From NCBI GenBank assembly GCA_965242485.1, contig CBDESM010000003.1, positions 1,549,362 through 1,613,361 on the forward strand: a DNA stretch of 64,000 bases. The letters are read 5' to 3'. Below the pieces are notes generated by a model that searched no databases, was not told the origin of the DNA, and was given only the letters and a program-made list of their open reading frames with translations. A program made the position numbers and the translations under genes. The number at the start of each line of letters is the position of its first letter. Within the stretch, counting starts at the first letter, position 1. This DNA is from Dehalococcoidia bacterium. Lineage in GTDB: Bacteria; Chloroflexota; Dehalococcoidia; Bin125. Below are positions 31,403 to 42,307 of the stretch, piece after piece.

Positions 31403-32055
31403 CGGGCGCGCCGCGGATCGGCCGCCTGCACGTGATCACCGACGAGGTCCTGCAAGACCGCTTCAGCCACGCGGAGCTGGCCCGTTTCGCCGCAGAGGGC
31501 GGCGCGGACGTCATCCAGTACCGCGAGAAGCGCCCGCTGGCCACGCGTGAGCTGGTCGAGGCCGCCGCCGCCGTCCGCGACGCGATCAACGGCAGCGGGG
31601 CCGGCCTGATCGTCAACGACCGCGTCGACGTCGCCGCGGCCGCCGGTGCGGACGTGCATCTCGGCCGCGATGACCTCGCCCCCGCCGCCGCCCGCCGCCT
31701 GCTCGGGCCCGGAGCGGTGATCGGCGGCACGGCCAACAGCATCGAGGAAGCGCGCCGCGTCGCGGCCGGGCCGGTCGATTACATCGGCGTCGGCCCCGTC
31801 TACGGCACTGCATCGAAGGGCGACCGCGCGGCGCCGAAGCTGGGGCTGGAGCGCCTGGCCGAGATCGCCGCGGCGGTGGACAAGCCCGTGATCGCGATCG
31901 GCGGCATCCAAGCCTCGAACGCGGCCGAGGTCATGGCGGCGGGCGCGCACGGCATCGCGGTCCTCTCCGCCGTGGTCTGCCGGGCCGATCCGCGCGCGGC
32001 GGCGGCCGAGTTCCGCGCCGCGCTCGATGCTGCGCTGGCGGAGCCGGGGCCATGA
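31398..32055 (+). CDS. thiE: Thiamine-phosphate synthase
   Basis: TMP-TENI family; start overlaps the thiD stop (ATGA). Confidence 0.8.
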
Positions 32056-33215
32056 TCCATACGTTCGAAGCCTTGGTCGTCGGCGCGGGCGCGATCGGCC
32101 TCTCGGTCGCGTTCGAGCTGATCCGCCGCGGCCACGACGTGCAGGTGATCGACACCCGCCGCGGCTGGGACGTCCGCGCCAGCAACGTCGCGGCTGGCAT
32201 GCTCGGTCCCGCCTCCGAAGCCGAGATCGCGGAACCGGCCGCGCTCGAACTGCAGCTCGACAGCCTGCGGCGCTATCCCGAATTCATCGCCGCCCTCGAA
32301 TCCGCGTCGGGCGAGCCCTCCGGCTACCGAGCCGAAGGCACGCTGTGGCCCGCGCGGCACCGCGACGACGAGCTGCAGTTGGAACACCTCCATCAAGTCC
32401 AACGGGATCGCGGCCTGGAAGCCGAGTGGCTGACCGCAGCGCAGGCGCGGGCGCTGGAACCGGCGCTCGCCCCGCGCGTGATCGGCGGCCTCTTCGTAGC
32501 CGGCGACCACCAAGTCGACCCGCGCCGCTTCACCAACGCGCTCCAGCGCGCAGTCACCAACCACCGGAGCTGGCTGCATTGGGAAACCCGGATTCGGCGC
32601 TATGAGGAAATCGCGGACGGGTTCCACGTCTGGTACGGCGGCGCGAGCGGCATGAACTTCCGCGCGCGCCACATCGTCATCGCCACCGGCCCTTGGAACG
32701 ACCAGCTCAAGCAGCCGCCGCTGCCGCCGATCGGGATGCGCCCCGTCAAGGGGCAGCTGCTGCGCCTGCGCGGCGAACCGCTTGCCGACCGCGTCCTCCG
32801 CACGCCGGACGTCTACATCGTCCCGCGCGCCGACGGCGAGCTGATCATCGGCGCGACCGAGGAAGAACAGGGCTGGGACGACCGCCCGATGGCCGGCGGG
32901 GTGCTCGACCAGCTGCGCTACGCCTGGGAGGTGCTGCCGGGCATCTACGACCTCGAACTCCGCGAGATCAGCGTCGGTTTCCGCCCCGCCGTCGGCGATC
33001 ACATGCCCGTGATCGGCCGCGCCGATGATCATGAGCGGATCATCTACGCGACCGGCCACTACCGGCACGGCATCCTGCTCGCGCCGGCCACCGCTTGGCA
33101 CGTCGCCAACCTGATCGAAGGGCGGGACGCGCCCGATGTGCTGCGCCCGTTCGCGCCGCGGCGGCTGACCGCCCCCATCGCCTCGCCCCTTCCCCGCAAG
33201 GAGGCCGTCAGATGA
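32052..33215 (+). CDS. thiO: Glycine oxidase
   Basis: FAD-binding GAGAIG N-terminus and DAO-family sequence, within the thiamine cluster. Confidence 0.8.
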   Translation: MIHTFEALVVGAGAIGLSVAFELIRRGHDVQVIDTRRGWDVRASNVAAGMLGPASEAEIAEPAALELQLDSLRRYPEFIAALESASGEPSGYRAEGTLWPARHRDDELQLEHLHQVQRDRGLEAEWLTAAQARALEPALAPRVIGGLFVAGDHQVDPRRFTNALQRAVTNHRSWLHWETRIRRYEEIADGFHVWYGGASGMNFRARHIVIATGPWNDQLKQPPLPPIGMRPVKGQLLRLRGEPLADRVLRTPDVYIVPRADGELIIGATEEEQGWDDRPMAGGVLDQLRYAWEVLPGIYDLELREISVGFRPAVGDHMPVIGRADDHERIIYATGHYRHGILLAPATAWHVANLIEGRDAPDVLRPFAPRRLTAPIASPLPRKEAVR

Positions 33216-33430
33216 GCTCCGCGACGATCGAACTCACGGTCAACGGCGAACCCGCAGCAGTTGAGGCCGCCGCGATCCCCGACCTGCTCCGCGCGCTCGG
33301 CTACGACCCGGAGCAGCAGGGCATCGCCGTCGCGGTCAACGCCGAGGTCGTGCCGCGCAGCCAATGGGCCGAATCAACGATCGCCGCCGGCGACCGCATC
33401 GAGATCGTCGGCGCGAAGCAGGGCGGATAG
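33212..33430 (+). CDS. thiS: Sulfur carrier protein ThiS
   Basis: 72 aa ending in GG; ATGA overlap with thiO. Confidence 0.8.
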   Translation: MSSATIELTVNGEPAAVEAAAIPDLLRALGYDPEQQGIAVAVNAEVVPRSQWAESTIAAGDRIEIVGAKQGG

Positions 33431-33438
33431 GAGGCGGC

Positions 33439-34245
33439 ATGGCCGGACTCGCTGATCAATGGACGCTCGCGGGCGAGGAGATGTCCTCGCGCGTGCTGCT
33501 CGGCACGGCGCGCTATCCCAGCCGGCAGGTCCTGCTCGACGCGCTCGAGGCCTCCGGCACGGAGCTCGTCACCGTCGCGCTGCGCCGCGTCGGCGTCGAC
33601 GGCGGCGGCGAGAACCTCTACGACGCGCTCACCGGGCGCGGCTACAAGCTGCTGCCCAACACGTCCGGCTGCTTCACCGCCTCCGACGCCGTGCTCACCG
33701 CCGAACTCGCCCGCGAAGCGCTCGGCGTCGACCTGGTCAAGCTCGAAGTGATCGCGGACGAGGAGACGCTGCTGCCCGACACGCACGAGCTGCTCGAGGG
33801 CGCGCGCGAACTGATCCGCCGCGGCTTCCGCGTGCTGCCCTACACCAACGACGACCCGATCGTCGCCAAGAAGCTCGAAGACGCCGGCTGCGCCGCCGTG
33901 ATGCCGCTGGGCGCGCCGATCGGCTCCGGCCTCGGCATCCGCAATCCGCACAACATCGAGCTGATCGTCGAACGCTCGAACGTGCCCGTCATCGTCGACG
34001 CCGGCGTCGGCACCGCCTCCGACGTAGCCATCGCGTTCGAGCTCGGCGTCGACGGCGTGCTGCTCAACACGGCCGTCGCCCGCGCGCGGGATCCGGTCCG
34101 CATGGCCCGCGCGGTCAACGCCGCGGCGCGGGCCGGGCGCGACGCCTTCCTCGCCGGCCGCATGCCGCGCAAATTCTTCGCCGAAGCGTCTTCCCCGGCG
34201 GCGGGGAGGATCGAACGCGCCGGAACCGATGGAGGAACCGAATGA
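33439..34245 (+). CDS. thiG: Thiazole synthase
   Basis: ThiG-like TIM-barrel sequence ([20 protein letters not shown]). Confidence 0.9.
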   Translation: MAGLADQWTLAGEEMSSRVLLGTARYPSRQVLLDALEASGTELVTVALRRVGVDGGGENLYDALTGRGYKLLPNTSGCFTASDAVLTAELAREALGVDLVKLEVIADEETLLPDTHELLEGARELIRRGFRVLPYTNDDPIVAKKLEDAGCAAVMPLGAPIGSGLGIRNPHNIELIVERSNVPVIVDAGVGTASDVAIAFELGVDGVLLNTAVARARDPVRMARAVNAAARAGRDAFLAGRMPRKFFAEASSPAAGRIERAGTDGGTE

Positions 34246-34874
34246 GCGAACCCGGACTCTCCCAGCGCCTCTGGGAGGCCAACGCCGACTTGGCGCAGGC
34301 CTCCCTCGAGCATCCATTCGTGCAGGGCCTGGCCGACGGCACCCTGCCCGACGAGACCTACGCCTTCTTCTCCGGGCAGGATCACTTCTACCTCGACGTC
34401 TTCGCCCGCTGCTACGCGCTCGGCGCATACCGCGCGCCCGACCGCGCCTCGCGCCGCAAGTTCGGCCAGCTGCTCAGCGGGCTCGTCACCGAGGGCACGC
34501 TGCACGAGCGCACGGCCGAGGAATTGGACCTCGACTTGGAATCGGCTGAGCCCGCGCCGGCCGCGCGCGAGTACACCGACTTCCTGCTCGCCGCCAGCGC
34601 CGTCGGCACGCTCGGCGAGCACCTCGCCGCGATGGCCCCCTGCGCCCGCCTCTACCGCTTCCTCGGCACCCGGCTCGCCGACCAGCCCTACGACCCCAAG
34701 TACAAGTTCTGGATCGAGATGTACGCCGGCGACCGCTACGGCGGCAACGTCGCCGCCGTCGAGGCGCTGCTCGATCAACACGGGCGGGACGCGCCCGGCG
34801 AGCGCTCCAAGTACCGCACCGCGATGCAGCTGGAATGGAACTTCTTCGAGTCGGCCTGGAACGGAGGACAGTGA
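34242..34874 (+). CDS. tenA: Thiaminase II / aminopyrimidine aminohydrolase
   Basis: TenA/PqqC-family sequence; ATGA overlap with thiG. Confidence 0.8.
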   Translation: MSEPGLSQRLWEANADLAQASLEHPFVQGLADGTLPDETYAFFSGQDHFYLDVFARCYALGAYRAPDRASRRKFGQLLSGLVTEGTLHERTAEELDLDLESAEPAPAAREYTDFLLAASAVGTLGEHLAAMAPCARLYRFLGTRLADQPYDPKYKFWIEMYAGDRYGGNVAAVEALLDQHGRDAPGERSKYRTAMQLEWNFFESAWNGGQ

Positions 34875-36157
34875 TGCGCAGGATTCTCAAATTCCCCCTG
34901 CTCGTGGCGGCGCTCGCCATAGCCGCGGTGCTCGCCATCGCCTGCGAGCCCGAACCGCCGCGCGAAACCGCGCCGGTACCGCCGAATCTGCCGACCCTGA
35001 CCGCGACTCTGGGAACCGCCTACGAAACGGTGCTGCCCGAATCCGAGGGAACGCCCGCGCCCACGATCACACTCGCCGGCGTTCCCGACGGCCTCAAGTA
35101 CACGGCGGCGACGCGGACCTTGGCCGGCACGCCGGCCGAGCCGGGCGCCTTCACGCTTCAATACACCGCGACCAATACCGCCGGCGAGACCACCGTCGCG
35201 TTCGGCTTGGTCATCGAACCCGCCAGCGTCAAGCTGCAGCTCGACTGGCTGCCCAACACGAACCACACAGGAATCTACGCCGCACTTGAACAAGGCTGGT
35301 ACGACGCCGAAGGCATCGCACTCGAGATCCTGCCCTACAGCGGCGCGAACGGCGATGTCCTGGTCGCCGAGGGCGTCGCCGATGTCGCGTTCTCGTTCTC
35401 GACGACGCTCCCTTTCGCCCGCGCCCAAGGCCTCGAAGTCGTCAGCATCGCCGCCGTGCTGCAGAAGTCGCCCACCGCCATCGCCGTCCTCGCCGACGGC
35501 CCGATCTCGCGCCTGCGCGACCTCGACGACCGGCTCTACGGCGGCTTCGGACTGCCCTACGAGAAGCCGCAATGGACGGCCGTCGTCCAGGCCGACGGCG
35601 GCGAAGGCACCGTGCAGGGCGTGATCCTGAATACCGCCGCCTACGAGGCGCTCTATAACGGCAACGTCCAGGCTGCCGAGATTTTCGTTACTTGGGAGGG
35701 CATCGAGGCAGCCCAGCGCGGCGTCGACCTGCGCACTTGGACCTACCAGGACTTCGGCATCCCCGACCGCTACGGCGTGCTCCTGGTCGCGTCGGAATCG
35801 GCCGTCGAGGAAAACGCCGACGTCTTGGAACGGTTCCTCCGCGCCACCATCCGCGGCTACGAGTTCGCCGCCGCCAACCCGCGCGAAGCCTCCGACATGC
35901 TCGTCCGCGGCGCCGGCGAGGAAGCCTTCCCCAGCCTCGATCTCGTCTACGAGTCCGCCGAATTGCTCGGCGCCGAGTACTACCTCGACGCCAGCGCCCG
36001 CTGGGGCTCCCAAACGCTCGACCGCTGGACCGGCTACACCCGCTGGCTCTACCAAGCCGGCCTGCTCAGCAACGCCGACGGCGAGCAACTCTCCGAAGAG
36101 CTCGACTACGCCGCGATGTACACGGACGCGATCTACCAAGCCGCCCTCGACGACTGA
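34874..36157 (+). CDS. thiY: ABC transporter substrate-binding lipoprotein, NMT1/THI5 (ThiY-like), with an extra N-terminal Ig-like domain
   Basis: Lipoprotein signal (LAIAC), Ig-like segment, then NMT1/THI5-like periplasmic binding domain. Confidence 0.75.
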   Translation: MRRILKFPLLVAALAIAAVLAIACEPEPPRETAPVPPNLPTLTATLGTAYETVLPESEGTPAPTITLAGVPDGLKYTAATRTLAGTPAEPGAFTLQYTATNTAGETTVAFGLVIEPASVKLQLDWLPNTNHTGIYAALEQGWYDAEGIALEILPYSGANGDVLVAEGVADVAFSFSTTLPFARAQGLEVVSIAAVLQKSPTAIAVLADGPISRLRDLDDRLYGGFGLPYEKPQWTAVVQADGGEGTVQGVILNTAAYEALYNGNVQAAEIFVTWEGIEAAQRGVDLRTWTYQDFGIPDRYGVLLVASESAVEENADVLERFLRATIRGYEFAAANPREASDMLVRGAGEEAFPSLDLVYESAELLGAEYYLDASARWGSQTLDRWTGYTRWLYQAGLLSNADGEQLSEELDYAAMYTDAIYQAALDD

Positions 36158-36179
36158 GCGCGGCGATTGTCCATGCCGG

Positions 36180-36297
36180 CTCGCGCGTGCTCACGCTTAT
36201 CATTGAGGGACCGGACGAGAAAGGCCGCTGGCATATCGTTACCGTGTTCCCAACCAGCAACGCTGCCGACCTCGATCGCTACTGGCGATCCCGATAG
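36180..36297 (+). pseudogene. Remnant of the 3' end of a brnT-like toxin gene
   Basis: Frame encodes RVLTLIIEGPDEKGRWHIVTVFPTSNAADLDRYWRSR, which aligns to the C-terminus of the BrnT-like protein at 42308-42625; no N-terminal half. Confidence 0.35.
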
Positions 36298-36317
36298 GGC
36301 GAAGAACGCGTACTCCG

Positions 36318-36569
36318 ATGCACGACCCCGACGATCCCGACGCTGAGTTCTACGAAGACGATGACGATGTGGAAATCGTCCTCGGCGGGCCGCCGCTCTG
36401 GGGGTTCGAGGTCTTCTTCGAAGACGACGAGTTTGAGCGCCTGCTCCGCATGCAAGGCGACTCCGGCGGCAAATTCAACGTCTTCATCCATGACATCGCG
36501 ATGCGGGCGCTGGCCGAGTGGGAAGCCGGCGCGGCCGACCGTCCAGCGCCGGTCACCGCGGCCGACTGA
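36318..36569 (+). CDS. Orphan BrnA-like ribbon-helix-helix protein with acidic N-terminus
   Basis: C-terminal KFNVFIHDIAMRALAEWEA aligns with NRYLKDLAMRAIEEWQA of the three paralogs at 42642-43547. Confidence 0.45.
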   Translation: MHDPDDPDAEFYEDDDDVEIVLGGPPLWGFEVFFEDDEFERLLRMQGDSGGKFNVFIHDIAMRALAEWEAGAADRPAPVTAAD

Positions 36570-36602
36570 CCCGCCGCGACGACTTCGGCTCCGAGTCGCT
36601 TC

Positions 36603-37372
<770 letters not shown>

Positions 37373-37376
<4 letters not shown>

Positions 37377-38152
37377 ACGCCGGCCGCCAGCGCAGCTGGG
37401 CGCTCAGCGCCGGCGCGCCGCTCGCATTGATCATCGTCGTGCTCGCCGTCTGGCAGGCCTACGTCTGGCTCTCCGGCATCCGCCCGCAGATCCTGCCCGG
37501 CCCGGTCCGCATCGTCCGCGAGAGCGTCCAAGCGGCGGACCTGATCTGGTCGCACTCGCTCGTCACCATGAGCGAGGTCGCGATCGGCCTCGCCATCTCG
37601 ATCACCGGCGCGCTCCTGCTCGGCCTCGCGCTCGATCTCTCGGCCCCCGCGCGCCGCGCGCTCTACCCCCTCATCGTCGCCTCGCAGACCGTCCCGATCC
37701 CCGTCGTCGCGCCGCTGATGATCGTCTGGTTCGGCTTCGGCATCCTGCCCAAGATCATCGTGATCAGCCTCTTCACCTTCGTCCCCATCGTGCTCGGCTT
37801 CACCGCCGGCCTCGCCGCCGTCGACCGCGAGGCGCTCGACCTGATGCGCACCTTCCGCGCCTCGCGCTGGCAGCTCTACCGCCACCTCAAGATCCCCGCG
37901 GCCCTGCCGGACCTCTTCACCGGACTCCGCATCGGCGCGATCTACGCGGTGATCGGCGCTATCTTCGGCGAGCTGGCCGGATCAATAGATGGGCTCGGCA
38001 TCTTCATGGAGCAAGCGCGCCTCTCCTTCCGCCTCGACTTGGTCTTCGGCGCGATCTTCGTCAGCACCCTGCTCTCCTACCTGCTCTTCCTCGCCGTCGT
38101 CGCCGCCGAGCGCCTGCTCGTCCCGTCGCGCTTCGCCGACAGGGAGCGTTGA
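37373..38152 (+). CDS. ABC transporter permease (ThiX-like)
   Basis: Six TM segments with a BPD-transporter-type inner-membrane fold; overlaps the neighbouring genes. Confidence 0.8.
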
Positions 38153-38796
38153 TCGTGCCCGGCGAGCTGCCGCGCCTGATGCTCGTGACCGACCGCGGAG
38201 CGACCCGCGGCCGCCCGCTTGAAGACGTCGTCCACGCGGCCGCGGTGGGCGCGGACGGGCGCTTGTTCGTGCAGGTGCGCGAACCCGATCTCGGCGAAGA
38301 TGCGCTGGCCGAACTTTGCGAGCGCATCCTCCGCAGCCTCGAACCCTCCGTCCGCGTCGCCGTCAACGGGAACCCCGCGGTCGCCGCCCGGCTCGGCATC
38401 GGCCTCCACCTGCCCGCCCGCGCGCCTGCGGCGGAGCCGGGCGCAAGCCTCGTCGGACGTTCCGTTCACGACCGGTCGGAAACCGATGCCGCCGTCGCCG
38501 AGAAGGTCGATTACGCGGTGATCGGCACCGTCTTCGAGACCGCGTCCCACCCCGGACGCGAAGCCGGGGGGCTCGAACACGTCCGCGTGCTCGCCCAGCG
38601 GCTCGGCGGCATTCCGGCCTACGCGATCGGCGGGATGACGTCCGCCAACGCCGCGCTCGCGATCGCGTCGGGGGCGCACGGCGCGGCGGTCCGCTCCGCC
38701 ATCCTCGCGTCCGAAAACCCGGCCGGCGCCGCGCGCACGATCCTCGCCGCCGTCGAGGCGATGGCTGCCGCCGCCGCTCCGTCTGCTGCCGGCTGA
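38149..38796 (+). CDS. TMP-TENI family protein (second ThiE paralog or TenI-like thiazole tautomerase)
   Basis: ThiE/TenI-fold sequence (LMLVTDR ... AIGGM). Confidence 0.65.
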   Translation: MIVPGELPRLMLVTDRGATRGRPLEDVVHAAAVGADGRLFVQVREPDLGEDALAELCERILRSLEPSVRVAVNGNPAVAARLGIGLHLPARAPAAEPGASLVGRSVHDRSETDAAVAEKVDYAVIGTVFETASHPGREAGGLEHVRVLAQRLGGIPAYAIGGMTSANAALAIASGAHGAAVRSAILASENPAGAARTILAAVEAMAAAAAPSAAG

Positions 38797-38816
38797 GCCG
38801 CGGCTAGCCTGCCTCC

Positions 38817-41789
38817 ATGCCCGTCTCCGCCCCGCCCAGGCCCGTGCTCGAAGGCGCGACCGCCTCGCGCTACCCCAGCGTCGAGCGCGCCCGCCGGATG
38901 CTGCGGGACGCGCCCGCCGGCCTGCGCGCGCTCGCCGACGACCTCCGCGCCGCCGTCGAACTCCCGGCGGACGTGCTCGTCGATCGCCCCTCGCGCCTGC
39001 TCTTCGCCACCGACGCCTCGCTCTACGAGATGGAGCCGGTTGCCGTCGTCTTCCCCCGCAGCGCCGAGGATGCCGCCGCCGCCGTCAACGTCGCGCGCGC
39101 CCGCGGCGTGCCCGTCCTGCCCCGCGGCGCCGGCACCAGCCTCGCCGGCCAGGGCGTCAACCACGCCGTCGTACTCGACTTCACCCGCTGGATGGACGGC
39201 ATCATCGAGATCGATCCCGCCGCCCGCACCGCCCGCGTCCAGCCCGGCCTCGTGCTCAGCGAACTCAACAAGGCGGCCCGCGAGCACGGGCTGCAGTACC
39301 CGATCGACCCGTCGACCGCCAACCGGGCCACCATCGGCGGCGGCATCGGCAACAACTCCTGCGGCACACACTCCGGCCTCTACGGCAAGACCATCGACGT
39401 CGTCGACTCCGTCGCCGTCGTGCTAGCCGACGGCTCCCGCCTCGAATTCGCCCGCCGCGAAGGCTCCGAACTGCGCGGCCTGCTCGACGCCGGCGGCCCC
39501 GAAGGCCGACTCTTGGCGGACCTCCGCGCCATCGCTGACGAGCACCGCGGCGAGATCGCCGAGCGCTTCCCCGACATCCCCCGCCGCGTCTCCGGCTACA
39601 ACATCGAAACCCTGCTCGATCCCGATGCCGCCGATCTCTCGCAGCTGATCGTCGGCTCCGAGGGCACCCTCGCCGTCGTCACCGAGGCCTCCGTCCAGCT
39701 CGCGGAACTGCCCAAGCGCCGCGGCGTGCTGGCCGCGCACTTCCGCACGCTCGTGGAGGCCGCCGAGGGCACGCTGATCGCCCGCGAGCGCGATCCGGCC
39801 GCCATCGAGCTGGTCGACGACATCATCATCGAGCGCTGCCGCTCCTCGACCGGCTACGCCCCGCTCGCCGATTTCGTCCAGGGCGAGCCCGGCGCGGTGC
39901 TCCTGATCGAGGCGTTCGGCGAGGACGAGGAGGACGTGCGGGGGCAGCTCGCGCGGATCGAGCACGACCTGCTCCGCGCCCGCACCTGCTACGCCGCCGT
40001 CACCGAGCTCGATCCCGCCGCGCAAGCGCGGATGTGGAGCATGCGCCAGGCCGGACTCGGGCTGCTCATGTCGATGCACGGCGACGCCAAGCCCGTCGCC
40101 TTCGTGGAAGACGCCGCCGTCCCGCCCGAGCATCTGCCCAAGTTCGTCGCCCGCTTCGATGTCGCCGTGCGCAATTTCGGCCTCCGCGCCGGCTACTACG
40201 GCCACGCCGCAGCCGGCTGCCTCCACATTCGCCCCATCGTCGACGTCAAGGACAAGGCCGGCCTCGAAACGGCCGAGCGCCTCGCCGAAAAGATCGCCGA
40301 CCTCGTGGTCGAGTTCGGCGGCAGCCTCTCCGGCGAGCACGGCGACGGCATCGTCCGCGGCGCATTCCTCGAGAAGATGTACGGCCCGCGCCTGGTCCAG
40401 GCCTTCCGCGACGTCAAGTCCGTCTTCGATCCCGAAGGCATACTCAACCCCGGCAAGATCATCGATACCCCGCCGTTCCGCGACAATCTCCGCCTCTCGC
40501 CCGCGACGGTTAACCATGATCCGCAGCCGCTGCTCGGCTTCCAAGCCGAGGGCGGCCTCGCCCGCGCCGTCGAGATGTGCAACGGGCAGGGCGCGTGCCG
40601 CAAGTTCGACGGCGCCATGTGCCCCTCGTTCCAAGTCACGCGCGACGAGGAGCACTCCACCCGCGGCCGCGCCAACCTGCTCCGCCAAGTCCTCAACGGC
40701 GGGCTGCCGGCCGACGAGCTCGCCGGCGACCGCCTCCATGCCGCGCTCGATCTGTGCGTCGAGTGCAAGGCCTGCAAGGCCGAATGCCCTTCCGGCGTCG
40801 ACGTCGCCAAGCTCAAGTACGAAGTGCTCTCCCAGCGCCGCCTTGCCCGCGGCGCTCCATTGAGGGACCGCGCCTTCGCCCGCATCGACCGATTGGCCGC
40901 CTGGGGCGCCCGCGCCGCGCCGCTCGCCAACCGAATCGCCGGCATCGGCCCGGCCCGCTCCCTGCTCCACCGCCTCGGCATCCACCGCGACCGGCCGCTG
41001 CCGCAGTTCGCATCGCGCACCTACGACCAATGGCGCGCCGATCGCGAGCCGCCGAGAACGAAGCGCGGCGAAGTCGTCCTGTTCGTTGATACGTTCACCA
41101 ACTACTTCCATCCCGAAGTCGGCATCGCCGCCACGCGCATCGCCGAAGCGCTCGGCTATCGCGTGATCAGCGTTGACCAGCGCGAATGCTGCGGCCGCCC
41201 CTCGATCTCCAAGGGCGAGCTCGGCCGCGCCAAGCAATTGGCCGAACATAACGTCGCCGCGCTCGTCGGCTACGCCCGCCGCGGTATCCCCGTCATCGGC
41301 GTCGAGCCCTCCTGCATCCTCACGCTGCGCGACGAGTACCCGCTGCTGCTGCGCAGCGCCCCCGCCGCGATGGTGGCCGAACGCGCGCTCCTCTTCGACG
41401 AATGGCTCGCCGCCGAGCTCGAGCGGGAAGACGGCCCCGGCATCTTCCGCCCGGCCGACCGCGAGCTGCTCGTCCACATCCACTGCCACCAGAAAGCGCT
41501 CGCCGGCTTCACGCAGACGCTCGACGTACTGAAATCCGCCGGCTACGCCGCCAGCGTCGTCGACTCGGCCTGCTGCGGCATGGCCGGCTCCTTCGGCTTC
41601 GAAGCCGAGCACTACGAGATCTCGCGCCAAATGGCCGACCTGCGCCTGCTCCCCGCCATCGAGAACGCATCGCCCGACGCCCAAATCGCCATCACCGGCG
41701 TCTCCTGCCGCCAGCAAATCTCCCACTTCGCCACCCGCCAACCCCGCCACCTGCTCGAATACCTATCCGACGCCCTCACCACCGATTGA
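38817..41789 (+). CDS. FAD-linked oxidase (GlcD-like) fused to a 4Fe-4S dicluster and CCG (GlcF/GlpC-like) domains; putative D-lactate/glycolate/2-hydroxyacid dehydrogenase
   Basis: FAD_binding_4 N-terminus, CxxCxxCxxxCP ferredoxin motifs, C-terminal cysteine-rich CCG repeats. Confidence 0.8.
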   Translation: MPVSAPPRPVLEGATASRYPSVERARRMLRDAPAGLRALADDLRAAVELPADVLVDRPSRLLFATDASLYEMEPVAVVFPRSAEDAAAAVNVARARGVPVLPRGAGTSLAGQGVNHAVVLDFTRWMDGIIEIDPAARTARVQPGLVLSELNKAAREHGLQYPIDPSTANRATIGGGIGNNSCGTHSGLYGKTIDVVDSVAVVLADGSRLEFARREGSELRGLLDAGGPEGRLLADLRAIADEHRGEIAERFPDIPRRVSGYNIETLLDPDAADLSQLIVGSEGTLAVVTEASVQLAELPKRRGVLAAHFRTLVEAAEGTLIARERDPAAIELVDDIIIERCRSSTGYAPLADFVQGEPGAVLLIEAFGEDEEDVRGQLARIEHDLLRARTCYAAVTELDPAAQARMWSMRQAGLGLLMSMHGDAKPVAFVEDAAVPPEHLPKFVARFDVAVRNFGLRAGYYGHAAAGCLHIRPIVDVKDKAGLETAERLAEKIADLVVEFGGSLSGEHGDGIVRGAFLEKMYGPRLVQAFRDVKSVFDPEGILNPGKIIDTPPFRDNLRLSPATVNHDPQPLLGFQAEGGLARAVEMCNGQGACRKFDGAMCPSFQVTRDEEHSTRGRANLLRQVLNGGLPADELAGDRLHAALDLCVECKACKAECPSGVDVAKLKYEVLSQRRLARGAPLRDRAFARIDRLAAWGARAAPLANRIAGIGPARSLLHRLGIHRDRPLPQFASRTYDQWRADREPPRTKRGEVVLFVDTFTNYFHPEVGIAATRIAEALGYRVISVDQRECCGRPSISKGELGRAKQLAEHNVAALVGYARRGIPVIGVEPSCILTLRDEYPLLLRSAPAAMVAERALLFDEWLAAELEREDGPGIFRPADRELLVHIHCHQKALAGFTQTLDVLKSAGYAASVVDSACCGMAGSFGFEAEHYEISRQMADLRLLPAIENASPDAQIAITGVSCRQQISHFATRQPRHLLEYLSDALTTD

Positions 41790-41846
41790 GCATCTGATAC
41801 CCCGGACGCAAAGCCGGGCTGCCGCGTACTCGCGCCACAAGAGGAG

Positions 41847-42183
41847 GTTGGTGGCCCGGGGCAGAGTCGAGCTGCCGGCGCCGCGCCTCCGGCAATGGCA
41901 GCCAGTGCCTGCTCGCATCGCAAGCGGAAAGGTTGGTGGCCCGGGGCAGGGTCGAACTGCCGGCACCACGCCTCCGGCAATGGCAGTCAGTCGTGTGCTG
42001 GTGGCGCAAGTGGGAAAGGTTGGTGGCCCGGGGCAGAGTCGAACTGCCGGCACCACGCCTTCGGCAATGGCAGTCAGTCGTGTGCTGGTGGCGCAAGTGG
42101 GAAAGGTTGGTGGCCCGGGGCAGAGTCGAGCTGCCGGTGCCGCGCCTTCGGCAATGGCAGTCAGTCGTGTGCTGGTGGCGCAA
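41847..42183 (-). repeat. Four tandem ~87-bp repeats, each containing a degenerate tRNA-Phe 3' portion (T-arm plus acceptor plus CCA)
   Basis: Unit starts at about 41847, 41921, 42008, 42095; each carries GGCAGTTCGACTCTGCCCCGGGCCACCA on the minus strand. Confidence 0.6.
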
Positions 42184-42259
42184 GTGGAAAGGTTGGTGGC
42201 CAGGGGCAGAGTCGAACTGCCGACACCACGATTTTCAGTCGTGTGCTCTACCAACTGAG
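42184..42259 (-). tRNA. tRNA-Phe (anticodon GAA)
   Basis: Cloverleaf; anticodon loop CTGAAAA; T-loop GTTCGACTC; CCA encoded. Confidence 0.85.
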
Positions 42260-42307
42260 CTACCTGGCCGCGGGCACCAATCATACAGTGCAGCGGGAGG
42301 CCGAGTG

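Noticed and set aside
41847-42183. Possible CRISPR array
   Set aside because: Repeat units are contiguous with no unique spacers, are about 87 bp long and derive from the tRNA 3' half; no cas genes nearby
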